A program made the position numbers and the translations under genes. The notes below the pieces were generated by a model. That model did no database searches, had not been told where the DNA came from, and worked only from the letters and a program-made list of their open reading frames with translations. From Mobula hypostoma (Eukaryota), in the NCBI RefSeq assembly GCF_963921235.1, contig NC_086109.1:24988001-25052000 (forward strand): 64,000 nt of DNA, read 5' to 3'. Shown piece by piece: positions 1 through 12,099 of this stretch. Every line of letters starts with the position of its first letter. Within the stretch, counting starts at the first letter, position 1.

Positions 1-54
1 CAAATTTAAGGTTGTATACTGTATGCATTCTCTGATATTAAATGTACCCTTGAA

Positions 55-362
55 CCTTTGAAGTCCAGGAACAACATCCTGACATATGAGGCGTCGTTTT
101 CTAGGTGAGACAGGACGGAGTGCAGGGCCGAGGCTATGACATCATCAGTGGACCAGTTTGAGTGGTAGGCAAACTGGAAAGGGTCCAGTGTAGCTGGAAT
201 ATGGAATTTCATATGATCCATTACCATCTGCTCAAAGCACTTCATGATTGGTGAAGTCAGTGCCACTGGGCGGTAATCATTTAGGCCACTTGTCGTTGCT
301 CTTTTGGGCACTGGAATGATGGTGTTTGCCTTGGAGCCTGCTGGGACAGTGGACCGTTTCAA
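55..362 (-). mobile_element. Rex1/Babar-type LINE reverse transcriptase fragment
   Basis: ORF with IIPVPK...LNDYRPVALTSPIMKCFE...LDPFQFAY...VRMLFLDF. Confidence 0.85.
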
Positions 363-1324
363 AGAGATATCACAGACGTAACATGCCTTTAGTTAAGAGA
401 TGGGAAGAAACACTGGATACAGTTCTGGGCATTGTCAAAGTTATGAGATCAAACAGAATCTTTGTGTATTTAGAACATAGAACATGGAATAATACAGCAG
501 AGTCCATGATATTGTGCTGAGCTTATAACCTGCTCGAAGATCAATCTACCATTTCCCTCTTACAGAACCCTCAATTTTTCTACCACCCCCTACGCCAATC
601 TAAGAGTTCCTTAAATGCCCCTTATGTATCTCCCTCTTCCACCACTCATGGCAAGGTAATTCATGCACCCACCACTCTCTGTGTACAAAACTTAACTCTG
701 ACAAACGCCCCATATTTTCCTCCAATCACCATAAAATAATGCCTTGTGCTCTAGAACTGGCTATTCATCTAGTTAGCTTGTTCCAATCTCTTTCCAACTC
801 TGGTGTCTACCTGCAGGGGCAGAAAATTGCTCAGTTATGCCTTTTCTATGAAATACAGAACAATTTTAGTCTGGTTAAATTACATTTCAACAAGTCTTTC
901 CTCAATAACCGACATTGTAGTGGAAGATGGCATCAATCAAGTGGTGCCTACTCACCAACCATCTGGTCAACAGTTAACAATTTGGGTTTTGCCTTTGTGC
1001 ACCCAGTTCTGGACATCATAACCATGGTATAAGCAGAGTTTAAGTAGAGGTCTGAATTTCAGAGGTCAGATGAGAGTAACTGCCATAGCCATCAGGGCAA
1101 CAGTTGACTGAATGTGAAAGTAAAAAACCCTTGCAAAACTGAACTCAGTAGGTGTCATATCTCACACAACTGAAGACAATTGTGGTTGCTAAATGTCAAT
1201 GATCCTATCCCTCGGATATTACTACAGGAATTCCTCAGGACACTCTCCTATGCAAAGAAGTTGCTTCTTTGATGGCTTTATTTATCTATTTTTATTTTCA
1301 CTTAGAAATACAGCCTAACCCAGC

Positions 1325-4300
1325 ATCTTGTCGACCAATGGATCGAGCCTTGAACTCTGGTAAGGGAAAAGCTGGCGACATGTGCTTTTTAGTCAATTCT
1401 CGTTGGTGCATGGACATTGGGGTTACGTCAGCTTCTTGTGCCCCTGACTTAGAACACTGAACGATTAAATGTAGACCATTCTATTTGCCTCGGGAGTTCT
1501 CACCTGTGACCCTGACTGCAGTTTACATACCACCAGCGGCCAATTATAAGCAAGCACTTGTGAAACTGCATAATGTTGTCTGCAAGCAAGAAACAGGTCA
1601 TCCCAACACATTTCAAATTATAGTCGGTGACTTTAACCAGGCCTGTCTGAAGAAAACCCTGCCCAATTGTCACCAGCACTTAACCTGTTGCACCAAGGGT
1701 CCCAACATACTAGACCACTGCTACACTACGATAAAGAATGCCTATCATTCCTTTTCAAGATGCCATTTTGGCAAGTCAGACCAGTTGGCTATACTCCTTA
1801 AACCTGCACACACAGCCTAAAGAGCAAGGCTCCAGAGATCAGGACAATCAAGAGGCGATCGCAAGGGGCAGAGGAACACTTACAAGATTGCCTTGAATCA
1901 GTGGACCTGGCCATGTTCAGGAACTCATCCTGGGACCTGAATGACTACACCAGGGTCATAACAGATTTTATAAAACAGCTGTGGATGAGTGTGTCCCCAC
2001 GAAATCATTCAGGGTTTACCCCAATCAGAACCTCTGGATGAACAATGAAGTCTGGAATTTGTTGTGAGCCAGATCAGAGGCATTCAAGCCTGGAGATCAA
2101 GAATACTACAAGAGGTGCAGGTATGATCTCCAGAAAGCCATCTCACAGGCGAAGTGGAGATTCCAGTCTAGACTGGAATCGATGAGGGATGCTCGACAGC
2201 TGTGGCAGGGTTTGAATTCCATAACCTCCTACAAAGAAATTTTGCAACATAGGGGACAACAGAGCTTCACTTCCAGATGAGCTCAATGCCTCCAATGCTC
2301 GCTTTGACTACAAGAACAGGGAGGAACCATTGCGCACCCCAAGTCTACCGATGATCCTTTGGTCTCAGTATCTGAAGATCACCTGTGGGCTGCCATCAAG
2401 AGAGTGAATCCAAGGAAAACATCCAGTCCAGATGGAGTACCTGGCTGAGTCCTGAAGACCTGTGCTGACCGACTGGCTCATGTATTCACGGTATCTTCAG
2501 CCTCTCGTTCCGGCAGTGTGTGCTACCCACCTGCTTCAGGCAGCCTTCAATAATACAGGTGTCCAAGAAAAGACTGGTAACTTGTCTCAATGACTATCGC
2601 CCAGTGGCACTTACATCCACAGTGATGAATTGTTTTGAAAGACTGATGTTGAAGCGTATCAGCTCCTGTCTGAGTGGCAGCTTGGGTCTGCTTCAACTCG
2701 CCTACTGAAGCAACATATCTACAACAGTTGCCAACTCATTGGCTCTTCACACAACCCTGGAACATCTGGACAGTAAAGATGCACACATCAAGATGCCCTT
2801 CATCGATTACAGGTCAGGATTTAAAATCACCATCCCTTCAAAACTAATCAGTAAACTCCAAGACCTGGGCCTAAATATCCCCTTGTGCACTGGATCCTGG
2901 ATTTCCTCACTTTCAGACCCCAGTCAGTTCTCCTTCATAATCTTCATCAGCACGGGAGCACCGCAGGGCTGTGTACTTAGTACACAGACTCTCTGACGGA
3001 GGTGTCTGAAAAGAGGATGCTGTCCAAGTTGCATGCCATCTTGGACAATGTCTCCCATCCACTACATAATGTACTGGTTGGGCACAGGAGTACATTCAGC
3101 CAGAGACTCATTCCACCGAGATGCAACACAGAGCGTCATAGGAAGACATTCCTGCCTGTGGCCATCAAACTTTACAACTCCTTCCTTGGAGGGTCAGACA
3201 CCCTGAGCCAATAGGCTGGTCCTGGACTTATTTCCTGGCATAATTTACATATTAGTATTTAATTATTTATGGTGCAACTGTAACGAAAACCAATTTCCCT
3301 CAGGATCAATAAAGTATGACTATGACTATGACTATGACTATGACTAGTCCCATGCACTTGAATTACATTTATGACTGTGTGGCTAAGTACAGCTCCAACA
3401 CCATATACAAGTTTGCTGATGACACCACTGTGTGGGCCGTATCAAAGGAGGTGATAAATCAGCTTAAAGGAGGGAGATTGAAAACTTGGCTGAGTGGTGT
3501 AATAACAACAATCTCACTCAATGTCGGTAAGACCAAGGAACTGATTTTAGGCTTCAGGAGAGGGAAACCAGAAGTCCAAGAGCCAGTCATCATCAGAGGA
3601 TCAGAGGTAGAGAGAGTCAGTACCTTTAAGTTCCTGTGTGTTGCTATCTCAGAGGCCCTGTCCTGGACCCATCATAAAAATATAATTGCAAAGCACGACA
3701 GTCCCTCTACTCCATCAGGATTCTGCCGAGATGTGCCATGTCATCAAAAACTTTGGCAAACTGCTATAGGTGTGTGGTGGAAAGAGTGCTGACTGGCTGT
3801 ATTACAGCCTGGTAGAGGAACACCAATGCCTTTTAGCAGAAAATTATACAAAAAGTAGTGAATGTAGCCCAATACATCACTGGGTAAAACCCTCCCAACC
3901 AATAAGCACTTCTATGTGAAACGTTGAAAAATGTAGAAAAGCAGCATCCATTATCAAAGATCACCACCACCCAGGCCATGCTCTCTTCTCAATGCTGCCA
4001 TCGGGTTGGAAGTACAGGTGCCTCAGGACTCACACCACCCAGGTTCAAGAACAGTTTCTACCCCCCCAACCATCAGGCTCTTGAACAAAAGGAGATAATT
4101 CCACTCATCCTACTTCTGGTGCTCCCACAACCAATGGTCTCATTTTAGGGACTCTTTATCTTATTTCATGCTCATTATTTATTGCTATTTATTTATATTT
4201 GCATTTGCATAGTTTGCGTCCATTGATCCTGTTTACAGTTACTGTTATATAGATTTGTTAAGGATGCCCGCAGAAAATGAATTTCAGGGTGTGTGTTTTG

Positions 4301-4343
4301 ACATGTATGTACTCTGGTAGTAAATTTTACTTTGAACTTTGAA
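1325..4343 (+). mobile_element. Degraded Rex1/Babar LINE (AP endonuclease + RT + 3' tail)
   Basis: Endonuclease motifs VYIPP, IIVGDFN, LDHCY. RT motifs LNDYRPVALTS, GAPQGCVLS, KFADDT. Many stops and frameshifts. Ends in a (TTTGAAC)n tail. Confidence 0.9.
2981..3347 (+). mobile_element. Nested 5'-truncated LINE 3' end with (ATGACT)n tail, inside the Rex1 element
   Basis: It interrupts the host RT between GCVLS and the SP... continuation. Encodes a LINE C-terminus (HPLH...RCNTERHRKTFLPVAIKLYN), then AATAAA and (ATGACT)x5. Confidence 0.8.
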
Positions 4344-4344
4344 C

Positions 4345-4530
4345 ACAGTATAATTTACAATGGCTAATTAACCTATGAACCAGTATGTCTTTGGACTGTT
4401 GGAGGAAATTGGAGCACCCAACAGAAACCCACACGGTTCATGGGGAGAACGTACAAACCCCTTACAGACGGCACCAGAATTGAACTCCAAGCCCTGGAAT
4501 GCTCCAAGGTGTAATTGTAGCACGCTATTA
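4345..4530 (-). mobile_element. V-domain (HE1-type) SINE; related copies at ~5650-5950(+), ~18657-18971(-), ~22310-22610(+), ~33960-34215(-)
   Basis: Reverse complement of the conserved core GTTTGTACGTTCTCCCC...GGGTTTC...GGTGCTCC..TTTCCTCC.ACAGTCCAAAGAC. Confidence 0.75.
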
Positions 4531-7500
4531 TGGCAACAAGATACTTCCATTATAAGATCATAAGACATAGAAGCAGAATTAGGCCTTTTGGCTCAATAAG
4601 TCTGCTCCACCATTCCATTATGGAAGAAAAAGAATTTCATGATGTATATTGTACACATTTCTCTAACATTAAATGCACCTATTGTCCTGTTGAAACCTAT
4701 ATTATCCCTCTCAACCCCATTCTCCTGCCTTCTCCCCATATCATTTGACCACTTTACTAACCAAGAACCTATCATCTTCTGCTTTAAATATTTCCACTGT
4801 CTTGGCCTCCACAATCATCTGTAGCAATGAATTCCACAGAATTCACCACCCTCTGGCTTAGGAAGTTCCTTCCCACCTCTGTTCTAAAGAAACATCCTTA
4901 TATTCCGAAGCTGTGTCCTCTAGTCCTAGACTCTCCCACTACAGGAAACATCCTCTCCATGTCCACCAAGATCCAAAAAAGGGATACTTTCTGATGATTG
5001 TGTAATGTTTGCCCACCTGTAGCTCCACAGAAATTGCAGCACTCCATACCTGCTTGCAGAAAGATGTGGACAACATTCAGGCGTGGGTGGATTGGTGCCA
5101 CACAATAGTCAGGCAATAAACATCCCTGACAAGTGGCAGTTTAATGATCCATGCTTGATATTCACTGGCTTTACTAATAATCAGTGCCCTACCATCAATA
5201 GGCAGGTCACCACAGACCAGAAATTTGACTGGAGCAGCCGCGTACATGGTGTGCAATAAGAGCCGTTCAAAGTCTGGGTAGCCTATGGTATGACTCATTG
5301 CCTGACACCCCAAATCCTTTCCATCATTTATGAGACATAAATCAGGAATGTAATGGACTCATCCTCATTTACTTAATTGAGTACAGTTCCAACATCATTC
5401 AAAATGCTCGTCTCCATGCATGGCAGAGCAATCCATTTGGCTGGGATCCTGAAAGATTAACATACTTCACCGTGTACCAATTACAAAGGGCTTTGCCGCT
5501 CCTTGTCTAAACTACTCCAATATCACTTTCCAAAACACAGCCTCTACCAACAAGAACAACAACAGAAGGCAAATAGGGGCACCGTCCCCTGTCATAGAGT
5601 ATCCAGCCTTGGAAATTGCTCCTTCATCGTCACCGGATCCAAATCATTGGGCCAACAGATTAGCATAGTGGTTAAAACAATGCTTTTCAATGCCAGCGAT
5701 CACTGATCAGGGTAAATTCCTCCCACTGTTTGTAATGTGGTTGTATGTTCTCCTCCATGACCACATTGGTTTCCTCTGGGTGCTCCAGTTTAATGTACAG
5801 GTTAGGGTTTGTAAGTTATGGCGTTCTCTGTTGGTGCCAGAAACATGGCAATACTTGTGGGCTACCCCCCCCAGCAATTCTCGGACTGTGTTAGTCATTG
5901 ACACAAAAGACGTATTTCACTATATGTACGTGGGACAAGTAAAGCTAATCTTTATAAATCTTTATCTTTATAAATCCGGGAACTCTGCGCTCAGAATCAG
6001 CAGATTGTCAATAGAAGGACTCCAGTGGTTGGAGAAGGAAGCTACCATCACCTTTTTAAGGGCAATGAAGGACAGGTGTTAAATGTTGGCCTTATCTGCA
6101 ATGAATGTTGAAAAAAAACCACAACTATCCTTGTTAATTAATTTAGAATTGGAAATCAAACAACTCAGCTTGTTTGAGATTTAGCTAAATGTCACTCAGC
6201 TTATTATACAAAATAAAAAGACAAGACATGGGAAGAGACAAATTGCTCTAACCCGTTAATTTTGATGTTTACCAACCATGAACAAATAGTTATCTTTGTG
6301 TACTATTTCTAGTTCTTTCACCACCCACCCCCGTATTCCTCTTTAATGTAATCCTAACTGATGAGTTTTTGCCTTAAATAGTGATACTGATAATGCACAG
6401 CTTTCTATATGAAGTGATTTCTGAGTGTCTCTGTAATATTTAATCTTATAGTTCAGAATCAGAATCAGGTTTATTATCACTGACATAAGCGATGAATTTT
6501 ATTGTCTTGTGGCAGCTCTGGAGCGCAAGACATAAAAATTGCTATAAATTACAGGCAAGAGTGAAAGTAAGAAAGAGACATAGTGAGGTAGTGCTCATAG
6601 GTGCAGGGGCCATTCAGAAATTTGATGTCAGAGGGAAAACTTTGAGTGTGGGTCTTCAGATTCCTGCACCTCCTCTCTGGTGGTAGTTATGAGAAGAGGC
6701 CGTGTTCTAGGTGGTGAGAATCCTTAATGATGAACGATAAATGAAGAAAGAATCATTAAGGATCCTTACCATCTGGGATGTGTTTCCTTGCTCTACATTC
6801 TCAGTCAGTGGACCATAAGACTATTAAGACCATAAGATATAGGAGCAGAATTAGGCTATTTGGCCCATTGAGACTGGTCCACCATTTCATCATGGCTGAT
6901 TTGATTTTCCTCTTAGCCCCAATCTCCTACCTTCTCCCCACGGAACTATTTTGCCCTGACACTCTAGGGCACCAAAAGATTTTGAAAAGATTTATAATTC
7001 AATTTGGATTGAAAACTAATGCCTCGAGTTACTTTAAAAATGTGCTGCCTGGATCTCCCCTCCCAAAACCGGGCTCAGGAAGTCAGCCCATGTCAATAAC
7101 ATAGGACCCCAGTATTTGGTGCAAGGGTGACTGGGAAATCTGACCAGCAGTTGCATGTGGTGGTTTAACTTAGAGAAAATCAGAAGTGCAACCTAGCGTT
7201 TAAGGAGTGTAAGGAGACTGGTGAAGTTTGGGAGATCTGATTGCACAATTGGGAGCTGTAAATAAAGGGGACGGAGGAAGGATCATTGCAGTGCCAGAAA
7301 GAGGTAAACATCATAATTACTTTATTAATCTCCCAGGCTGGCATTGCAAGAGATGGATCATGTCATCACAGTTGTGCCCAGTAACAGGCACCCCCTGGAC
7401 AATGATACCATCTCATATGTCCGTGATGTGGATTTTGTGCAGGGGTGCAAGGTGTCTAATTGAGTTGCTCAGTAAAGTAAGACAGCCCAGAAGTGATTGT

Positions 7501-9387
7501 TATTGTGCTAAGTTCTTGGAAAAATCAATTTTCAATTGCAAAATGTCAAAGAATGCCATACAGTGGAAGTATCAAGCACCCATTTCTATCCACTTTATTC
7601 CAGCCATTGTTCTTTAACCTGTACTGTTCTAACAAATGAGAGTCCCAATTTCATGGTCAGATCTTTTCATTTCAGCACCAAATTCTAATATTTGGTGCTG
7701 AAGTGTGTAAGGATATCATTTCTCTGTTTCCCTAGGTGATTGAAGTGTGTAGGTACAGTCGTGTGAACTTTAGGTTGACTTAACCTAGTAGAGGATTTAT
7801 AGGGGAAGATAGATAGGATTAAAATGGATTTGTGCACGAGGTTATTAAATTGGTTTCTTTTATTTCTCTCTAGACTCTACTTGACTCCCTTTTATTGGAA
7901 TCCAATGATCCATGGTTTAGTCCTGTTAGTCTCTGGCTAGCAACTGCGGAATATAACTTGCATTTACAACCATATATTAGCTAGTTAAATCAGGTTGAAT
8001 TGATTGAGAAGAAAAACCCATGGGTTCATTTAATGTCAAGAGCAGCACTGGACCATTTAGTGGGATTTATGGCTTATTAATCAGTTAGTAACTGAAGAAC
8101 TATCTCTCTTCCTAATTGCCACCTTTTGAACTTTACTACTGATGTCATGAAACGAACACAGTGACAAAACAGGTTGAGAAATGTTGTTGTGGTTCTGGCA
8201 AGGGTTATGGTTTGTTCTGGTTAATTTCAGATTACAATGTCATGTTCATGAGATTTTAGCAAAATAGTAAAAAAGATATAAGCCATATTAATAAATTTCA
8301 GATTTTCACTCAACTTGTAACACAAACATCACGATTAAGATCCAGCACCATTCCTCTATCTTAACTCTCTCCCATGCTATGCAGAAACAAGGGAAGTAAA
8401 CAAGACTATTCAACCCTTCAGACTGCTTATTTCACTGGGTAGGCGATGACTGTATTTAGCTCCACTTGAAGAAACAAGAGGTTGCTATTGTGGGATCAGG
8501 ATAGCATAAGGTGTGGGTGCATCAGGAGATGAAACATTCGGAAATCTTCTGCTATTTCTTTCCCTCCTGGAGATTTGTTTCAGAAACACTACAGGAAGTG
8601 CAAGATTTAAGGAAAGGTGGAATTTCTCTCCCAATATCCTATCCTGATGAAGGACCTGAAACTGCTTAGGATTCAATCTACCCATGGTGATCAGAATTAA
8701 CTATACTGCATTGAAATAGGGATTATGTTGTTGTGCCAAACAGCACAAGAGATTGCAGATGATGAAATCTGGAACAGTAACACACTGGAAAAATGCAGTG
8801 GGTCAGGCAGCATCTGTAGAGGCAAAGGGATAGTTAACAGTTTGGGATGGATGCTCAGGACCCAGCTATTAATATTTTGTTTTCATTGGGTAGTTAGCCA
8901 CTCAGTGGGAAAGAGATAATCAAGGGCCCTGAATGCTTAAGTGTGATTGTCTGACTGCAGAGAAATATTTTCCAAGAATTGCATTGCCAGTTCTTGACAT
9001 TTTGATCTAAAAGTGCAATTAAACTGAATAGTGCAGAACATGTACGGCAGCCTAAAATCAATTGCTCTCCTGAAGAATGAAGTGTTCATTAAATTTATAG
9101 AGTATCATGAAGGACATTTTGAACGATTTATTTATTTTACAGCTTATAGTAATTTTATGTCTTTGCCCTGTACCGCTTGCACAAAACAACAAATTTCATA
9201 TCATATAAGACAATGATAATTAACCTGATGATTCTGAATCGGACTATAGTAGGCACCTTCTGTCATGGTGTGCACTTTCTGGCATTGCCTGTAAGGCTTC
9301 AATCTCCAGGTGTCCATGAAGGTGAAGACTGTCAACACGGCACAAACACACTTTAACATCCATTTATACATTCAGCCAGCCCATGTA

Positions 9388-9911
9388 CACTCAGAGGCCA
9401 CTTCATTAAGTATACCTGCTCATTAATGCAAATATCTAATTAGCCAATCATGTGGCAGCAACTCAATGCATAAAAGCATGCAAACATGGTCAAGAGGTTC
9501 AGTTGTTGTTCGAACCAAACATCAGAATGGGGATGGAATGTGACCTTAGTGACTTTAACAGTGGAATGATTGTTGGTGCCAGACGGGGTGGTTTGAGTAT
9601 CTCAGAAACTGCTGATCTCCTGGGATTTTCACGCACAACAGTCTCTAGAGCTTACAGAGAAAGGTGCAATAAACAAAACAACATGTATGATTGGCAGTTC
9701 TGTGGATGAAAATGCCTTGTTAATGAGAGAGATCAGAGGAGAATGGCCAGACTGTTTCAAGCTGACAGGAAGGTGACTGCAACTCAAATAACCACACGTT
9801 TCAGCAACAGTGTGCAGAGGAGCATCTTTGAACCCGCAGCACATTGAACCATGAAATGGATGGGCTACAGCAGCAGAAGACCATGAATATACACTCAGTG
9901 GTCATTGAGTG
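9388..9911 (+). mobile_element. Internally deleted Tc1/mariner element
   Basis: Starts TA|CACTCAGAGGCCAC. Transposase N-terminal HTH reads DLSDFNSGMIVGARRGGLSISETADLLGFSRTTVSRAYRE. Right end is CATTGAGTG. Confidence 0.85.
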
Positions 9912-10098
9912 TTTAGGGAATGATTGATTAATCATAGGCAGAGTCATTGTATAGAACCCAATAATGCCATTGTCCTACATGCATATAATTCAGACTGATT
10001 TGTTTCTCCCTTCCTAATGAATGACCCTTACCTGGATCAACAAACAGAAATAATGAGAAACAGTAAAAAAAAATGCAAAAAAAACTCCAGTATTTTAA

Positions 10099-10225
10099 GG
10101 GTCTCGGCCTGAAACGTCGACTGCGCCTCTTCCTATAGATGCTGCTTGGCCTGCTGCGTTCACCAGCAACTTTGATGTATGTTGCTTGAATTTCCAGCAT
10201 CTGCAGAATTCCTGTTGTTTGTGTT
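10099..10225 (+). mobile_element. Short Penelope-type (pLTR-derived) element, truncated inside the hammerhead motif
   Basis: GGGTCTCGGCCTGAAACGTCGACTG...GATGCTGC repeat, flanked by the direct repeat CAGTATTTTAA (10088-10098 and 10226-10236). Confidence 0.7.
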
Positions 10226-10489
10226 CAGTATTTTAAAAAATTGCTTTTCATCATTCAAAACTTCACTTTAGTTTACATTGTTTATTTTTAATTTTATTAT
10301 TACTGTTATGTTATAGGAAATACAGAAATGAATTGTGTGCAGTAAGCTCCCACAAACAGTAAGGTCATAATCAGCGGGCAACTTTTTAGCGGTATCAACA
10401 GTGGGGAAAAATTTGATCAAGAAACTGCCAATTACCACACATTTAGTTGTGATAATATCATGGGATCATAGCTATAAAAATGATGGGGC

Positions 10490-10770
10490 AGACTGATCTC
10501 CCTCAGTATTATTTTCCTGACAGTATGGTATTCCCTCAATGTTGTTCCTCTGGCTGCAGCACTACATCGCTACTGCTCCTTTACAAGTGGAGTATTCCCT
10601 CATTCCTGCTCCTTCGATGATGCAGCACTCACTCATGCCATTCTCCTTAGAAAATACAGCTTTCCCCTAGTACTGTTCCCCTTTCATTGCCACACTCCCT
10701 CAGCCTTAAACTGCATGGCTGTAGTCAGATTATGCAATTAGTCTTTGGAAGTAAATTTGTGTTAGCCACT
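10490..10770 (-). repeat. Degenerate tandem GCAGCACTCCCTCA-type repeats, DeuSINE-like
   Basis: Several decayed units of about 33 bp (...gtattccctca..., ...gcagcactc...). A related Deu-domain-like fragment lies at ~21740-21800 on the + strand. Confidence 0.45.
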
Positions 10771-10796
10771 GCTACCCAATAGACCATTATATAGCT

Positions 10797-11556
10797 GGTT
10801 GGTTGTCCATCGTAATCAACAATTACAGGAGAGTTTTTAAAGTAGAAGAGCCATTGTACTGGGGCAGGTTCACTCTCTTAACCTCAGAAGTCCAGATCTG
10901 GTGGCATGTGTAGTCATCACAAACTGGGGTCTTGCTTGGTTGCGGTAGACGACCATGACTTCTTCTATGCCTTGTCATGCCCTTCGCTCTCCAGGAAGCA
11001 TCGCAGGACCGCCTTCCTGCCGTTTGAAATCACAATCAAGAGAAAATGTGCAGAAGCTGGCAATCCAAGCGACATTCATAAAATGCTAGAGGAACTCAGC
11101 AGGACAGGCAACATCTATGGAAAAGAGTACGGTCGACATTTCAGGTCTAGAACTTTCAGCAGGACTGGAGAAAAAAAAAAGATGAGCAGTCAGAGTTAGA
11201 AGGGAGGGGAGGAAGAAACACAAGGTGATAGGTGAAACTGGGAGGGGGAGGGGTGAAGTAAAGAGCTGGGAAGTTGATTGGAAATCACCGTTGACCTCGT
11301 CTGCCCAGTCCGCCAGAGCTAACTTAATATGCTAGGATAGACATGCCCCTGTCTCGCTGGGTTATGAAGCCCGTCGGCTGCCCTCACCTAATTTAGCCTA
11401 CCTGCTGAAGTAGTGTTCTGGGGTGTGGCTGCTGTCACATGCAAACAGCTGCTTGGAACCAAAGGTGAGAGCTGAGTGCCCAAGGGTGAATGAGCTGCCC
11501 CAGAATGGACACGACAAGCCCCTTCACCAGAGGGGTTGACAGCCCATACACACCAT
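10797..11556 (-). mobile_element. Non-autonomous RTE-derived element, interrupted by a Penelope-type insertion (~11034-11280)
   Basis: Same family as 37601-38170 (shared GACCGCCTTC, GGGGTGTGGC.CTGTC.CATGCAAACAGCT, CCCATACACACC). The inner insertion is flanked by GAAATCAC at 11026-11033 and 11281-11288. Confidence 0.7.
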
Positions 11557-12099
11557 TAAATGACTACAAGCACGGTAAAAATATAAACATGTTTGAGTCT
11601 CTTGAAGTTGCCCAAATGTTACCTAGGGAGTTGAAGCCAGATTTGTGTTAAATTGCAAGATAGAAAGACAAGCTCATTCTCCCTGAATTCTCCCTCAAAA
11701 CATAGCAGATTTAAGGGCTGAAATATAACCTTGCATCAAGCCATTTGAGTATAGTTGAGCAGATTTCAATTAGATAGTGAAATGGGAGTAGAAATAACTC
11801 GATGCTCGTGAACACTACCAGAGTTTGTGAAAATAGTGGAGGTGTATTTTCTTTCCCTGGGTACTCAATATATATAGAACCAGTGGAGACTGTCTATACA
11901 ATTCATTGCATGGAGTTAACACAGCAGATTAATTATCCATCCGCATACTGGCCAGAATCTAAACTACAGAAACTTGCACCTATATTAAATCTTTGATCTG
12001 GTATTTCAAGGGGGACTTGATTAGGCCTTGAATTCTCAATCTATGGCCTGTGGGATGCATGTGCTTCAGTCAGAGCACTCCTACATCGGTATTAATTTT

